From Candidatus Krumholzibacteriota bacterium (lineage in GTDB: Bacteria; Krumholzibacteriota; Krumholzibacteriia; JAJRXK01): a stretch of DNA of 64,000 bases. The position numbers and the translations under genes were made by a program. Every line of letters begins with the position of its first letter. Within the stretch, counting starts at the first letter, position 1. The notes under the pieces are model-generated. The model did not search any database. It saw only the letters and a list, made by a program, of their open reading frames with translations, and was not told where the DNA came from. Shown here one piece after another: positions 33,908-43,776 of this stretch. Location of the stretch: assembly GCA_963764625.1 (NCBI GenBank), contig CAVXTH010000006.1, forward strand, positions 416,001 to 480,000, in the 5' to 3' direction.

Positions 33908-35131
33908 CTAAATAGCCTCGAAGACTCTGGTGATGATCGAAAGGGCTTGCTCCATTTCCTCGTCCGTGATGATCAGGGGAGGCGCGAAGCGGATGATGTT
34001 CCCGTGGGTTTGCTTGGCGAGAAGACCGTTCTCCTTCAGCGCCACGCAGATGTCCCAGGCTTCGAATCCCTCATCGAAAACCACGGCGTTGAGTAGGCCC
34101 TTACCGCGCACCAGTTGAATGCGCGGACAGTCGATGGCGCGCAGGCGCTCGCGCAAGTGCTCTCCGAGCTCGTTGGAGCGTTGGGCCAGGTTTTCACTCT
34201 CCAGGACCTCGATCGCAGCTTCGCCCACGGCCGCGGCCAGGGGATTGCCTCCGAAAGTGGAGCCGTGGGATCCGGGAGTGAAGACTCCCAAGACGCTCTC
34301 GTCCGCGACGACGGCCGAAACGGGAAGGACTCCTCCGCCGAGGGCCTTGCCCAAGCACATCATGTCCGGCCGCACGTCCTCGTAGTCGCACGCGAATTTC
34401 TTGCCCGTCCGGCAGAACCCGGTTTGGATTTCGTCCGCGATCATGAGGATGCCGTGCCGGGTGCAGATCTCGCGAACCTGCCTGAGATATCCGTCGTCGG
34501 GAAGATTGACGCCAGCCTCACCCTGAATGGGCTCCACCAAGAAAGCGGCGGTGTTCTCGTTGATCGCTTCTTCCAGCGCGCTGGGATCGTTGTAGGGAAT
34601 CACGGGAAAGCCCGGAGTGAAGGGGCCGAAGCCCTCACGGGCAATCGGGTCGGTGGAGAACGAGATGATGCTGATGGTGCGGCCATGGAAATTCTCGCGG
34701 CAGCAGATGATCTCTTGTTTCCCGTCTTCGATTCCCTTCACCTGGTGACCCCAACGGCGCGCGGTCTTGAGCGCGGTCTCCACTGCCTCGGCGCCCGTAT
34801 TCATGGGAAGGGCCATTCCGTAACCGGTGTAGGCGCAGAGGCGCTCGAGGAATCCGCCCATGCGGTCGTTGTGAAAGGCACGGCTGGTGAGCGTGCAGCG
34901 GCCCGCCTGCTCGATGAGGGCCGCCATGATGCGTGGGTGCCGGTGACCCTGGTTCACGGCTGAATAGGCCGAGAGGAAGTCCATGTAGCGCCGGCCTTCC
35001 GGGTCTTCGACCCACACTCCCTGGGCGGTCGAGATCACGACGGGCAGCGGATGATAGTTGTGGGCCCCCACCCGCTCGGTGAGTTCCATGATGGATTCGC
35101 TGCTCATGGTGAGCGTCTTGCTTTCACTCAT
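33908..35131 (-). CDS. rocD: Ornithine--oxo-acid aminotransferase
   Basis: GAHNYHPLPVV, DFLSAYSAVNQGH, EPIQGEAG, DEIQTG, LGKALGGG and HGSTFGGNPL motifs. Confidence 0.95.
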   Translation of the reverse strand: MSESKTLTMSSESIMELTERVGAHNYHPLPVVISTAQGVWVEDPEGRRYMDFLSAYSAVNQGHRHPRIMAALIEQAGRCTLTSRAFHNDRMGGFLERLCAYTGYGMALPMNTGAEAVETALKTARRWGHQVKGIEDGKQEIICCRENFHGRTISIISFSTDPIAREGFGPFTPGFPVIPYNDPSALEEAINENTAAFLVEPIQGEAGVNLPDDGYLRQVREICTRHGILMIADEIQTGFCRTGKKFACDYEDVRPDMMCLGKALGGGVLPVSAVVADESVLGVFTPGSHGSTFGGNPLAAAVGEAAIEVLESENLAQRSNELGEHLRERLRAIDCPRIQLVRGKGLLNAVVFDEGFEAWDICVALKENGLLAKQTHGNIIRFAPPLIITDEEMEQALSIITRVFEAI

Positions 35132-35266
35132 GTCCGGGTCGTCCTTTCCCAAGGATGGAGGCAGTTCGGGCTCGGTCCGAAGATGCTGCCTCGGAGGGAT
35201 CGAAATGGGCCCAATTTGGCGCGGGCTCTTGACAAGGAGAACTTCTGGACCAATCTAGTTCGAACC

Positions 35267-36313
35267 ATGAACCAGGCAAAAAGCTTAGCGCAAAGCGCTC
35301 CCGAAGAGTACCCCTCACGCGGCACGGACCGCGCGCGAGCCCTCGCCCAGGGGGCCTCCATGTTCTTGGGACTGCTCCTTCTCCTCTCTGCCACGGCAAA
35401 GATCGCGGCCCCCAAGTCCTTCCTGGACGTCCTGGGGCAGTTCGGCATCCTGCCGCAGGACTTCCTCGTGCCGGTCGGGGCAGGGTTGGTAGGGCTGGAG
35501 CTCTCCCTCGCCGTGCTCTTCATCACCGGCGCGTTCCGCCGCGCGGCCGCGTGGTTGAATCTCATGCTGATGATGCTCTTCGTGGGCCTCATGGCCGAGG
35601 CGATTCGCAGGGGGTTCGAGCATTGCGGGTGTTTCGGCGAGGTCCTACGCCTGGCTCCCAAGCAGGAGATTTGGATCGACGTCCTGCTCTTGGCACTCAC
35701 GGTGGTCGTGCTCTGGCGCGGAGAGAACCGCCAGTGGGGCAGCGCTGGTCTGCGTCACACCGTGGCCTGGGGCATGCTGTGCCTCGGCTCGTTTCTCTTT
35801 CTCTTGGGTGGTCCCGCGCCGGCCACGACGGGGGAGTACGAGTTTGATCCCGCCGCGCTCTCGGCTCTTCAGGGAGCGGACCCTCCGTTGAAGTTGCCGG
35901 AGAACGGGATGATCTTTCTCTTCTCGGCCAACTGCGATCACTGCTGGGCCTTCGCGGGGGGAGTGCAGATGACCGCGGACAAGCTGGTCGGGTTCGAAGT
36001 CCACGGGGTCACCTTCAGTCCCATGAACGAAGTGCTCCGCTTCAAGGAGACCTTTCAGCCCACCTATCCAATCCACCGGATCTCCCAGCAGGCGTTCGAT
36101 CGACTCATCGACGTCTACCCGGGGGCCCTGTGGATCAAAGATGGGGAGGTGGCGGGAGCGTGGAGCGAATTCGTACCCTCGCATCGCGAGCTGTCCGATC
36201 TCGGAGGCTACGACATCCGCCAGACCGGCGCGGCGAGCCAAATCCCTAGCTCCGAGGGCGGCCCGGATTCCAGTGCCGGGCTCTTCGGCGGGACCGTCAG
36301 CAGCCGGCACTGA
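35267..36313 (+). CDS. MauE/DoxX-like membrane protein fused to a thioredoxin-like CxxC domain
   Basis: TM region with HCGCFG, followed by FLFSANCDHC and a YP (cis-Pro-like) motif. Confidence 0.7.
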   Translation: MNQAKSLAQSAPEEYPSRGTDRARALAQGASMFLGLLLLLSATAKIAAPKSFLDVLGQFGILPQDFLVPVGAGLVGLELSLAVLFITGAFRRAAAWLNLMLMMLFVGLMAEAIRRGFEHCGCFGEVLRLAPKQEIWIDVLLLALTVVVLWRGENRQWGSAGLRHTVAWGMLCLGSFLFLLGGPAPATTGEYEFDPAALSALQGADPPLKLPENGMIFLFSANCDHCWAFAGGVQMTADKLVGFEVHGVTFSPMNEVLRFKETFQPTYPIHRISQQAFDRLIDVYPGALWIKDGEVAGAWSEFVPSHRELSDLGGYDIRQTGAASQIPSSEGGPDSSAGLFGGTVSSRH

Positions 36314-36346
36314 ATCTCCAGCCCCGGACGAATTCCAAGTGAAAGA

Positions 36347-39300
36347 TCAGCGGATGAGGGCCATCTTCCTCGTCTCGGTGAATCCCAGTCCCTTGACCTG
36401 GTAGAGATACACACCGCTCGACACGCTGGCTCCGTGATCGTTCTTCCCGTCCCATCTCACCGCAGTCGTCACGCCTCCCTCCACCACTTGATCGAAGAGA
36501 GCGCGTACGAGCTGGCCTCTGAGATTGTACACTTTGACCCCCACCTCACCCCGCGCCGGCGAAGTGAAGCGAATCGTCGTCGAAGGGTTGAACGGATTGG
36601 GGTGATTCTGCTCCACCAGCAAATGCCGAATTCCCGGCGCCCCGGCCTGGGTCGCAGCTCCGGGCATCACGTTCTCTCCGAACGCGGTCAACACCTCGCC
36701 CAAGAAAAGCGAACGGTCGGACACGCCGGTCGAGGTCTTCGAAAACGTGTCGACCACGTAGTTGAGGCCAAAGGGGAAAGTGAGGTCCACGCGCCGGTAG
36801 GAGTCGAGGCCCACGAATTCGTTGCGTTCGTACCAGATGCCCGCGGCGGGAGGCAGGACGGGTCCGCCCGCGCCGCCGTCGGTGAACTGGTGAGACACGA
36901 CCGCGCCCGAACCGTTGAACACCTGGAGGTAGTCGAACTTGTTGATGGAGGGACAGCCTCCATTGGCCGCGACGCCGGTGACGAAGGTCGAAGCCGGCGT
37001 GCCACTGGGCTGCACGTAGGGGGCCACCTGTCCGTTCAATGCCGAACGCGCGTCAGCCGAGACCAGATCGACTCCCATGGTATTCTGCAGGTAGCCCAGC
37101 GTCGAGGAGCCCTGGTTGACCATCGCGGAGCCGATGTTGTCGGCGAAATAGGCGACGTAGCGGTCACCGGCGAGATGATGCCAATCCTCCAGGGTGGCCA
37201 GATCGTTGCTCTTGTCGTTCCCGTTCTGGTTGCTTCCGTCGCTGATCAGTCCGGACGAGAGGTTCCCCGCAAGGTAGAGAATCGTGTGATAGCCCGAGAG
37301 TTGTTGTCCCGTCGCGCCATGAACTCCCGCGGATCCGATTCCGTTGCCCACCAAGGAGCTGGGTCCCACCACGGTATAGGTGTCGAAATCCACTCCTTCG
37401 ACCAGACCGTTTTGGGCCAGGGCGTAGAGGTATTCCGACTCCCCGCCACGGGGGCCGAAGTCCTTGACAGTGAGTGACGCCTCGTCGTCGACGTCCTGAG
37501 CGATCGCTCGCTTCGCCTGTGCGTGGAGGATCGGAGATTCCTCTCCACGACGGCCGAAGTCATTGATGACCAGAATGGAGGGCTGCCTCAGTCCCCCGAG
37601 TCCATCCGGAACCACCGTGGGCAGCGCATGGACGGTGGACGATCTTGCGTATCCACTGCCCGAGAGGAATCCGGTGGTGTCAGGCGGCATGGTGCTGGTT
37701 TCACCGATGCTGTCCTCCGCTTCGAGGAACCACCGGAAGATGTCGCCGGGGAAGAACATCGCGTCCTCCGCAGCCTGATAGGGTTGGGCGGCAGGTCCGT
37801 CATTTGGTGCGTCAAAGAAGAATTGGTCCTCGACTGCTTTGCCGAACGCAGTTCGAGCGCTGTCGCCCTCCACCGTTCCCGTCCAGACCGGGAACCCCCG
37901 GCTACTGATTCCGGACATGACCGCCCCGGGGGGAAGGACCCTGACGGCATCGAAGGCAGGGTTCGCGTCGAGCGCCCAGCGCATCACCGGGAGACCGTTG
38001 CTGCCGGGACCCACGATGGTGGACCCCGGGTTCGCGGCCTTGATGGTCACGACCATCGAATCGCCGGCCACGTTGGCCGCGCCATCGGCGTTGATGTCCC
38101 GGGCGGCATCGATCCTCACCGAGGCGTTCGCCGCGTCGCCTTGCCAGTCACTCGTCCCAGTGTTGGAAAAACTGTCCTGAAAGAGATCGAGGTTGGTGCT
38201 GCTGAAGGCCGGACCCGCCGCGTCATACTTCCAGAAGCTGACGTCATCGAAGAGCGGGGAAGGGGTGGCGTCGCCTCCTGGCAGGTTGAAGTACTGGGCC
38301 AGGTCCTCGACTCCCAGCGCGATCTGGACCTTTTGTGGGTTCTGGACCAGCAGATCGGTCACGTCGTTCGTGATGGTGACGTAGAGCGGATCGTTTCCGT
38401 AATACACGAAGCCCCGATCCCGCCAAGGGGACCAGTTCCCGTTTCCGTCCGGATAGCTGCGAACTTTCCAGGTCCAGAAGATCCCGTTCGCCAGCGGTAA
38501 GTGCTGCCAGACCGAGAACTGGAGAATCGCCCCGCCCTGAATGGCGTCGTCAACGCTCGTGTTGGAGTCGTTCCAGGCGATCTCCGGAGACCAGAACTCG
38601 TTCATGAGCGATCCCGCGCTGGGATCGATTCCACCCTGGTAGTTGACCACGAACCCCCCGTCGGTACCATACGCCCAGGTTCCCGAGACCGAGCCCCCGG
38701 TCGTTTCCGTCGAGTTCAGGGGCGGTCTTCCGTCGTCGATGAACCCGATCTGCGCCGCGTTGTCGCTCGCGCAGGGATCGATGTCCACGAACAGTGGCCA
38801 GAGCCGGCCGAAGTTTCCCACGAAGCGCGACGGGGAGGCAGTCCAACCGTCGGTGTCGAAGGTGCCACCGCCGGCATCCTCGAAGGTGGCGAGGCCGTCG
38901 CCGTTGGACGTCGCCGGCGACCCGTTGAAGTAAACCCGGATGTTGTCGACCTGCACCGCTCCGTCGCTGGGATACAGACCGTCCTCGTCAGACCCGGAAG
39001 CGTCCGTCTGAACGCGAAGTCGAAGGTGCACCTGGGCGTTGGAGTACATGAGCGGCGTGTAGTGAATGGTCTGGTCGAAGAGCGCCGGGGTGCCGAAGTT
39101 GCCGCCGGCGTCCCGGGTATCACCGGTGAAGGTCGCCCAGGTCTTCATGACCCCGGCCGAGTCGTATTCGACTACGAAGAAATCGCTGTTCGGCTCGATA
39201 TCGAGATTGTAATCGAAAGTGAGGCGGACGTTGACACTCACCACCGGATTGGTGGGAGCTAGCCAATCGAGCTGGTCATCCATGTCGTTGGCATAGCCCG

Positions 39301-39724
39301 GAGCGGTGGCAAAGCCCGTCTCTCCTGCATCGACTCCGGAGAACATGGCGTGGTTCTGTCCGATCGCGTCCAGGTTCGAGGCATTGAATTCGCTTACATG
39401 CCACAGGGGCACATGTTCCGTGAGATCCACCGGCGTCCACCCCTGGAGGGTGGGGGTCAGGTCGGGAAGGTTGAACTGGCCTTCGGGGCGGCGATCGTTG
39501 AGTCCTTCGGGGTGGACTCCGCCGAAAATGTTCCAAAGCGAAGTGGTGGTCCCCGCGGCAAGGTTGGGCACGGAACCGTTGATGATGACGTTCGACCCGT
39601 ACTCCGCGATCTTGGGTTTGACCCCGTGCTCCAGAAGTTCCGCGGACGAATTGGCGAAGGAGGGGAGAGGCAGCGTACAGAGTGTCAACGCGAGACCGCA
39701 GGCGAGAACGCGGGTCGTGTGCAT
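36347..39724 (-). CDS. 1125-aa secreted protein of unknown function with FlgD-Ig/T9SS-like C-terminal domain
   Basis: Signal peptide ending SFA-N, GAAGGA RBS, acidic beta-rich body, and tail QNHPNPFNPSTTIRF...RKMALIR. Confidence 0.75.
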   Translation of the reverse strand: MHTTRVLACGLALTLCTLPLPSFANSSAELLEHGVKPKIAEYGSNVIINGSVPNLAAGTTTSLWNIFGGVHPEGLNDRRPEGQFNLPDLTPTLQGWTPVDLTEHVPLWHVSEFNASNLDAIGQNHAMFSGVDAGETGFATAPGYANDMDDQLDWLAPTNPVVSVNVRLTFDYNLDIEPNSDFFVVEYDSAGVMKTWATFTGDTRDAGGNFGTPALFDQTIHYTPLMYSNAQVHLRLRVQTDASGSDEDGLYPSDGAVQVDNIRVYFNGSPATSNGDGLATFEDAGGGTFDTDGWTASPSRFVGNFGRLWPLFVDIDPCASDNAAQIGFIDDGRPPLNSTETTGGSVSGTWAYGTDGGFVVNYQGGIDPSAGSLMNEFWSPEIAWNDSNTSVDDAIQGGAILQFSVWQHLPLANGIFWTWKVRSYPDGNGNWSPWRDRGFVYYGNDPLYVTITNDVTDLLVQNPQKVQIALGVEDLAQYFNLPGGDATPSPLFDDVSFWKYDAAGPAFSSTNLDLFQDSFSNTGTSDWQGDAANASVRIDAARDINADGAANVAGDSMVVTIKAANPGSTIVGPGSNGLPVMRWALDANPAFDAVRVLPPGAVMSGISSRGFPVWTGTVEGDSARTAFGKAVEDQFFFDAPNDGPAAQPYQAAEDAMFFPGDIFRWFLEAEDSIGETSTMPPDTTGFLSGSGYARSSTVHALPTVVPDGLGGLRQPSILVINDFGRRGEESPILHAQAKRAIAQDVDDEASLTVKDFGPRGGESEYLYALAQNGLVEGVDFDTYTVVGPSSLVGNGIGSAGVHGATGQQLSGYHTILYLAGNLSSGLISDGSNQNGNDKSNDLATLEDWHHLAGDRYVAYFADNIGSAMVNQGSSTLGYLQNTMGVDLVSADARSALNGQVAPYVQPSGTPASTFVTGVAANGGCPSINKFDYLQVFNGSGAVVSHQFTDGGAGGPVLPPAAGIWYERNEFVGLDSYRRVDLTFPFGLNYVVDTFSKTSTGVSDRSLFLGEVLTAFGENVMPGAATQAGAPGIRHLLVEQNHPNPFNPSTTIRFTSPARGEVGVKVYNLRGQLVRALFDQVVEGGVTTAVRWDGKNDHGASVSSGVYLYQVKGLGFTETRKMALIR

Positions 39725-39961
39725 GGATGTTCCTTCCGAACAAACAAGGTCGGCATTGGAATCGTGGGAGGGCGAGGCGGAATCCCACTCCCTCCTTCAC
39801 GTTCAAATCGAACGCGCACTCTCAGGCAGGCGAGCTGGCGAGACTGGATCCGACTGCGGCGACAAGGGTGTACGGCAGCGGATACAGGAAGCCTATCCCG
39901 CGCGACGAGGCGGGAGGGAGCCGGCTAGACCTGGAGTCGGGCCCGTCACTTCAGCCCACTC

Positions 39962-39991
39962 AGTGTATCCCAAAGCGCGAGGTCTTGGCAA
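39962..39991 (-). promoter_or_regulatory. Putative sigma70 promoter for the 1125-aa protein gene
   Basis: Minus-strand TTGCCA-N18-TACACT, about 230 nt upstream of the ATG. Confidence 0.4.
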
Positions 39992-40142
39992 TATGGCCCC
40001 CCGATTTCGACGCTGGCTCGGGGAGCGGAAGCGCATATATTCCCCACAATTAGGGTATTTCCCTTAGGACTTGAGCTCGGGACTCTCGGCGGAAAAACTC
40101 CTCGACGGTTCCGCGGTAAATCCATCCCCGGGAGAGTGGAGA

Positions 40143-42113
40143 ATGCGGCAGAACGCCATTGAGAAAATCGTGCAGCGTTACGCGGTCGATCTGGCGGAAG
40201 GACAATTCGTGCGGGCGGAAGAGTTTCTGACCGTGCGTCCCCTCCACGTGATGACGCATGACAACAGCGGGGCGGTCCTCAACAAGTTTCATGCACTCGG
40301 AGCCCAAAGAGTGGCCGACTCTACGCAACCGGTTTTCGCGCTGGATCACGACGTGCAGAACTTTTCGGAAGACAATCTGGCGAAGTATGCTCGGATCGAG
40401 TCCTTCGCACGCGAACAGGGAATCGCGTTTCACCCGGCGGGGCGGGGAATCGGACATCAGATCATGGCCGAGGAAGGATTCGCGCGGCCCGGCGCTTTGG
40501 TGGTGGGAAGCGATTCGCATTCCAACCTCTACGGCGCTCTCAGCGCAGTGGGAACGCCGGTGGTTCGGACGGATGCCGCCGCCCTCTGGACCACGGGAAC
40601 CACCTGGTGGCAAGTGCCCAAGACGGTGCGCGTCAATCTCCACGGTAGCTTGCGCGAGGGAGTCAGCGGGAAGGACGTCATTCTCAGCCTCATCGCACTC
40701 TACAACCACGATGAAGTACTCAACTACGCGATCGAGTTTCACGGTCCTGGCGTCACGACTCTGAGCATGGATGGACGCATGACGATCGCGAACATGACCA
40801 CCGAGTGGGGTGCGCTAGTGGGCTGGTTCCCCTTCGACGAGGTTCTGCTCGAGTGGTTGAACGAGCGAGCCCGCCACTTCCAGGAGCGCGGCGACGAACA
40901 TCCCCGTCTGACCAATGAGTCGATCGCCAAGCTCTACGCGAAGCGCGTGGAGCCCGACCCGGACGCATGGTACGCCAAGCATATCGACTTCGATCTCTCC
41001 CGGGTCAGCCCCTACGTCGCGGGACCGGATCAGGTGAAGGTGGCGTCCTCGGTGGCAGAGATGGCGAAGCGGAAGATCAAAATCGACAAGGCCTTCTTGC
41101 TCTCTTGCGTGAACAGCCGACTGGAAGACCTACATCAGGCCGCCGAAGTGGTGCGGGGGAAGAAAGTCGCTTCGGGGGTGCAATTCTATCTGGCTGCCGC
41201 ATCGAGCGAGATCGAATCGGCGGCCCGCACCGACGGGAGCTGGCAGGCGCTCCTGGACGCGGGGGCCATCCCCCTGCCTTCCGGTTGTGGACCGTGCATC
41301 GGATTGGGAGAAGGCACCCTCGGAGAGAACGAGGTGGGAATCAGCGCCACGAATCGAAACTTCAAGGGACGCATGGGAGATCGGAGCGCGCAGTGCTATC
41401 TCGCCAGCCCCGCGGTGGTCGCCGCGTCCGCGCTCGCGGGATTCATCGCGAGTCCCTTCGCGTCGGGGGAATCGCTCCCGGAGGCCGCGCTCACGGCGAA
41501 CCCTTCTTTGGGCAGAACGGCGGGCGCGTCGAGCACCCTCGAGGGCTTTCCCCCCAAACTTCGCGGACGCCTGCTCTATCTGCCTCAGGACAACCTCAAC
41601 ACCGACGGGATCTACGGAAAGGACTGGACCTATAGGGACGACATGACGCCACCGGAGATGGCCGAGGTCGCCATGCTGAACTACGACCCCGAGTTTCAGA
41701 CGATCGCCGAGGAAGGCGACATCCTGGTAGGGGGGAAGAACTTCGGTTCCGGCTCTTCGCGGGAGCAGGCGGCCACCGCGCTGAAGTTTCGCGGAATCCA
41801 ACTCATTCTCGCCGCGTCCTTCAGCGAAACCTACAAGCGCAACGCATTCAACAACGGCTTTCTGGTGGTGGAGTGCCCCGAGCTCGTCGACGCGCTGGCA
41901 GAGCTGGAGAACGAGGCGATGCGGGCGCAACGCAAGACGATCGCCTGCCCGGGTGAGGCCGAGATCGACTTCGTTCGCTCGGTGGTCGTCTACTTGGGGA
42001 AGGAGTATCCCATCGCGGTTCTCTCCTCGACGGCTCAGGAACTCGTGCTGGCCGGTGGAAGCGAAGGCCTCGTACGCCAGCAACTCGCGCGTCAGGCGCG
42101 GGAGAGGTCGTAG
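40143..42113 (+). CDS. lysF: Homoaconitate hydratase, single-chain fungal LYS4/LysF type
   Basis: EKIVQRYAV, HDN, GRGIGHQIM, SDSHSN, RTDAAALW..G.TWWQ and IANMTTEWGAL motifs. Fe-S cysteines in SCVNSR and CGPCIG. Fused swivel domain (NTDGIY, NFGSGSSREQAA). Confidence 0.8.
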   Translation: MRQNAIEKIVQRYAVDLAEGQFVRAEEFLTVRPLHVMTHDNSGAVLNKFHALGAQRVADSTQPVFALDHDVQNFSEDNLAKYARIESFAREQGIAFHPAGRGIGHQIMAEEGFARPGALVVGSDSHSNLYGALSAVGTPVVRTDAAALWTTGTTWWQVPKTVRVNLHGSLREGVSGKDVILSLIALYNHDEVLNYAIEFHGPGVTTLSMDGRMTIANMTTEWGALVGWFPFDEVLLEWLNERARHFQERGDEHPRLTNESIAKLYAKRVEPDPDAWYAKHIDFDLSRVSPYVAGPDQVKVASSVAEMAKRKIKIDKAFLLSCVNSRLEDLHQAAEVVRGKKVASGVQFYLAAASSEIESAARTDGSWQALLDAGAIPLPSGCGPCIGLGEGTLGENEVGISATNRNFKGRMGDRSAQCYLASPAVVAASALAGFIASPFASGESLPEAALTANPSLGRTAGASSTLEGFPPKLRGRLLYLPQDNLNTDGIYGKDWTYRDDMTPPEMAEVAMLNYDPEFQTIAEEGDILVGGKNFGSGSSREQAATALKFRGIQLILAASFSETYKRNAFNNGFLVVECPELVDALAELENEAMRAQRKTIACPGEAEIDFVRSVVVYLGKEYPIAVLSSTAQELVLAGGSEGLVRQQLARQARERS

Positions 42114-42967
42114 CTGAAGAGTCCCAGTGCGGTCCAGATGAACGCGAACCCGAGCAGTTTTTCGTGTCCGAAGGGCTCGTGGAAGGCTGTGACCGCGAGC
42201 AGGAACTGGAGCGAGGGCGCGAGATACTGCAAGACGCCGACCGTGGAGTAGGGCAGGCGCCGTGCCGCGTTGGTGAACCAGATGAGCGGCAGCGCGGTGA
42301 CGAGCCCGCCGGCTGCCAGCAGGACATCGATGGTCCCGCTCGACCGCCCGAAGGACAGGCCGCCCTGAGCTTCCAGGTGCAACAGCCACAGAGCCGCCAG
42401 CGGAGAGAGGAGGAGGGTCTCCAGACAGAGACCCTCGACTGGACCAGCACTAACTCTTTTTCTTACAAGACCATAAAACCCGAAGCTCAAGGCAAGGACG
42501 AGGGCCACCCAGGGAACCTTTCCCAGTCCGAGGGTGAGAGTCAGCACCCCAATCGCGGCCAACAGGACACAGATCTTTTGGATCGTGCGCAGGTTTTCCC
42601 GGAGGAAGACGACGCCCAGAAGCACGTTCAGCAGGGGATTGATGAAGTAGCCCAGGCTGGCCTGGAGCACCTGCTCGTGTCCGATGGCCCAGATGAAAGT
42701 GTACCAGTTGATCGCGATGAGGGCGGTCGAGAGGAGGAGTAGCTGAAAAGTTCGCTTGCGCCTGAGCGTGTGCCACGCGCTCTTGAGGCGGCCCCGAAGC
42801 GCCAGAAGCGAAAGGAGTAGCACCAGGGACCATAGGACGCGGTGACAGAGCACTTCCAGCGGGGTGACCGCGGCCACCGCCTTGAAATAGAGTGCGATGA
42901 AGCCCCACCACAGATAGGCGGCCAAACCGTAGGCCACACCCACTCTCGTCTGGCGATCGGAAGTCAA
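42092..42967 (-). CDS. rarD: EamA-family transporter RarD
   Basis: GLAAYLWWG, HRVLWS, ASLGYFINPL, SFGFYGLVRK and GVLQYLAPSLQF motifs. TTG start inferred from overlap with the SDR stop. Confidence 0.9.
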   Translation of the reverse strand: MTSDRQTRVGVAYGLAAYLWWGFIALYFKAVAAVTPLEVLCHRVLWSLVLLLSLLALRGRLKSAWHTLRRKRTFQLLLLSTALIAINWYTFIWAIGHEQVLQASLGYFINPLLNVLLGVVFLRENLRTIQKICVLLAAIGVLTLTLGLGKVPWVALVLALSFGFYGLVRKRVSAGPVEGLCLETLLLSPLAALWLLHLEAQGGLSFGRSSGTIDVLLAAGGLVTALPLIWFTNAARRLPYSTVGVLQYLAPSLQFLLAVTAFHEPFGHEKLLGFAFIWTALGLFSYDLSRA

Positions 42968-43737
42968 CGGGCGCAGGTCTGCCGGCGACCACCGTCGATG
43001 GCGATGGTCTCGCCGGTGATCCACCCCGCTTCGTCGCTGGCCAAAAAGGCGATGAGGGCCGCGACCTCTGGGGCTTCGCCGACTCTTCCCAGGGGATGGG
43101 TCGACTTGCTGTGCTCGAGAAACTCGGCGTAACGGTCCTGCTCCATTCCGCCCTTGAGGTGCAGGTTCGTTCGCACCACGCCCGGGTTGACCGCGTTCAC
43201 ACGCACGCCGCTGCTCGCGAGTTCGAGCGCGAGACAACGTGTGAGCTGGTCCACCCCGGCCTTGCTCAGACAGTAGGCGAGCACTCCGGGGAAGGCTCTT
43301 GATCCGGTGACGCTGCTCAGATTGACGATGTTGCCGCGGGTGGCTTTGAGGTGGGGGATCGCGTGCCGGCTGAGCGCGAAGATGGATCGGAGGTTGATGT
43401 CCATCATCAGGTCGTAGCTCGCCAGGTCGGTTTGTTCCCAATCTCCACTGCCGATGATTCCCGCCGCGTTCACCAGAATGTCCAACCCGCCCAATTCCTC
43501 GATCGAAGTCTCGACCAATTGGACGCGGAATTCCTCACGCGTGAGGTCGCCGTCAATCGTTCCGAGCGGTAGCTCGGCGCCCGCCTCGTTCGCCAGTGCG
43601 GCCAGAGCTTCCCGGTCACGGCCGGTTGCCAGAACCACGGCCCCTTCGCGAGCGAAGCAAAGAGCGGTGGCCCGACCAATACCGGAACTGGCGCCAGTCA
43701 CCAGGGCACGTTTGCCCGCGAGTCTTCCCTCATCCAT
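42964..43737 (-). CDS. Short-chain dehydrogenase/reductase
   Basis: TGASSGIG, NAAG, YCLSK and VNAVNPG motifs. Confidence 0.92.
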   Translation of the reverse strand: MDEGRLAGKRALVTGASSGIGRATALCFAREGAVVLATGRDREALAALANEAGAELPLGTIDGDLTREEFRVQLVETSIEELGGLDILVNAAGIIGSGDWEQTDLASYDLMMDINLRSIFALSRHAIPHLKATRGNIVNLSSVTGSRAFPGVLAYCLSKAGVDQLTRCLALELASSGVRVNAVNPGVVRTNLHLKGGMEQDRYAEFLEHSKSTHPLGRVGEAPEVAALIAFLASDEAGWITGETIAIDGGRRQTCAR

Positions 43738-43776
43738 GCTTGCTCCACTTTCCCTTCACGCAGAACGGTGATCGAT

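Noticed and set aside
39819-39828. CTCTCAGG resembling part of a glycine riboswitch
   Set aside because: The upstream GGAGA/CCGAAG elements are missing and the neighbouring genes are unrelated to glycine.
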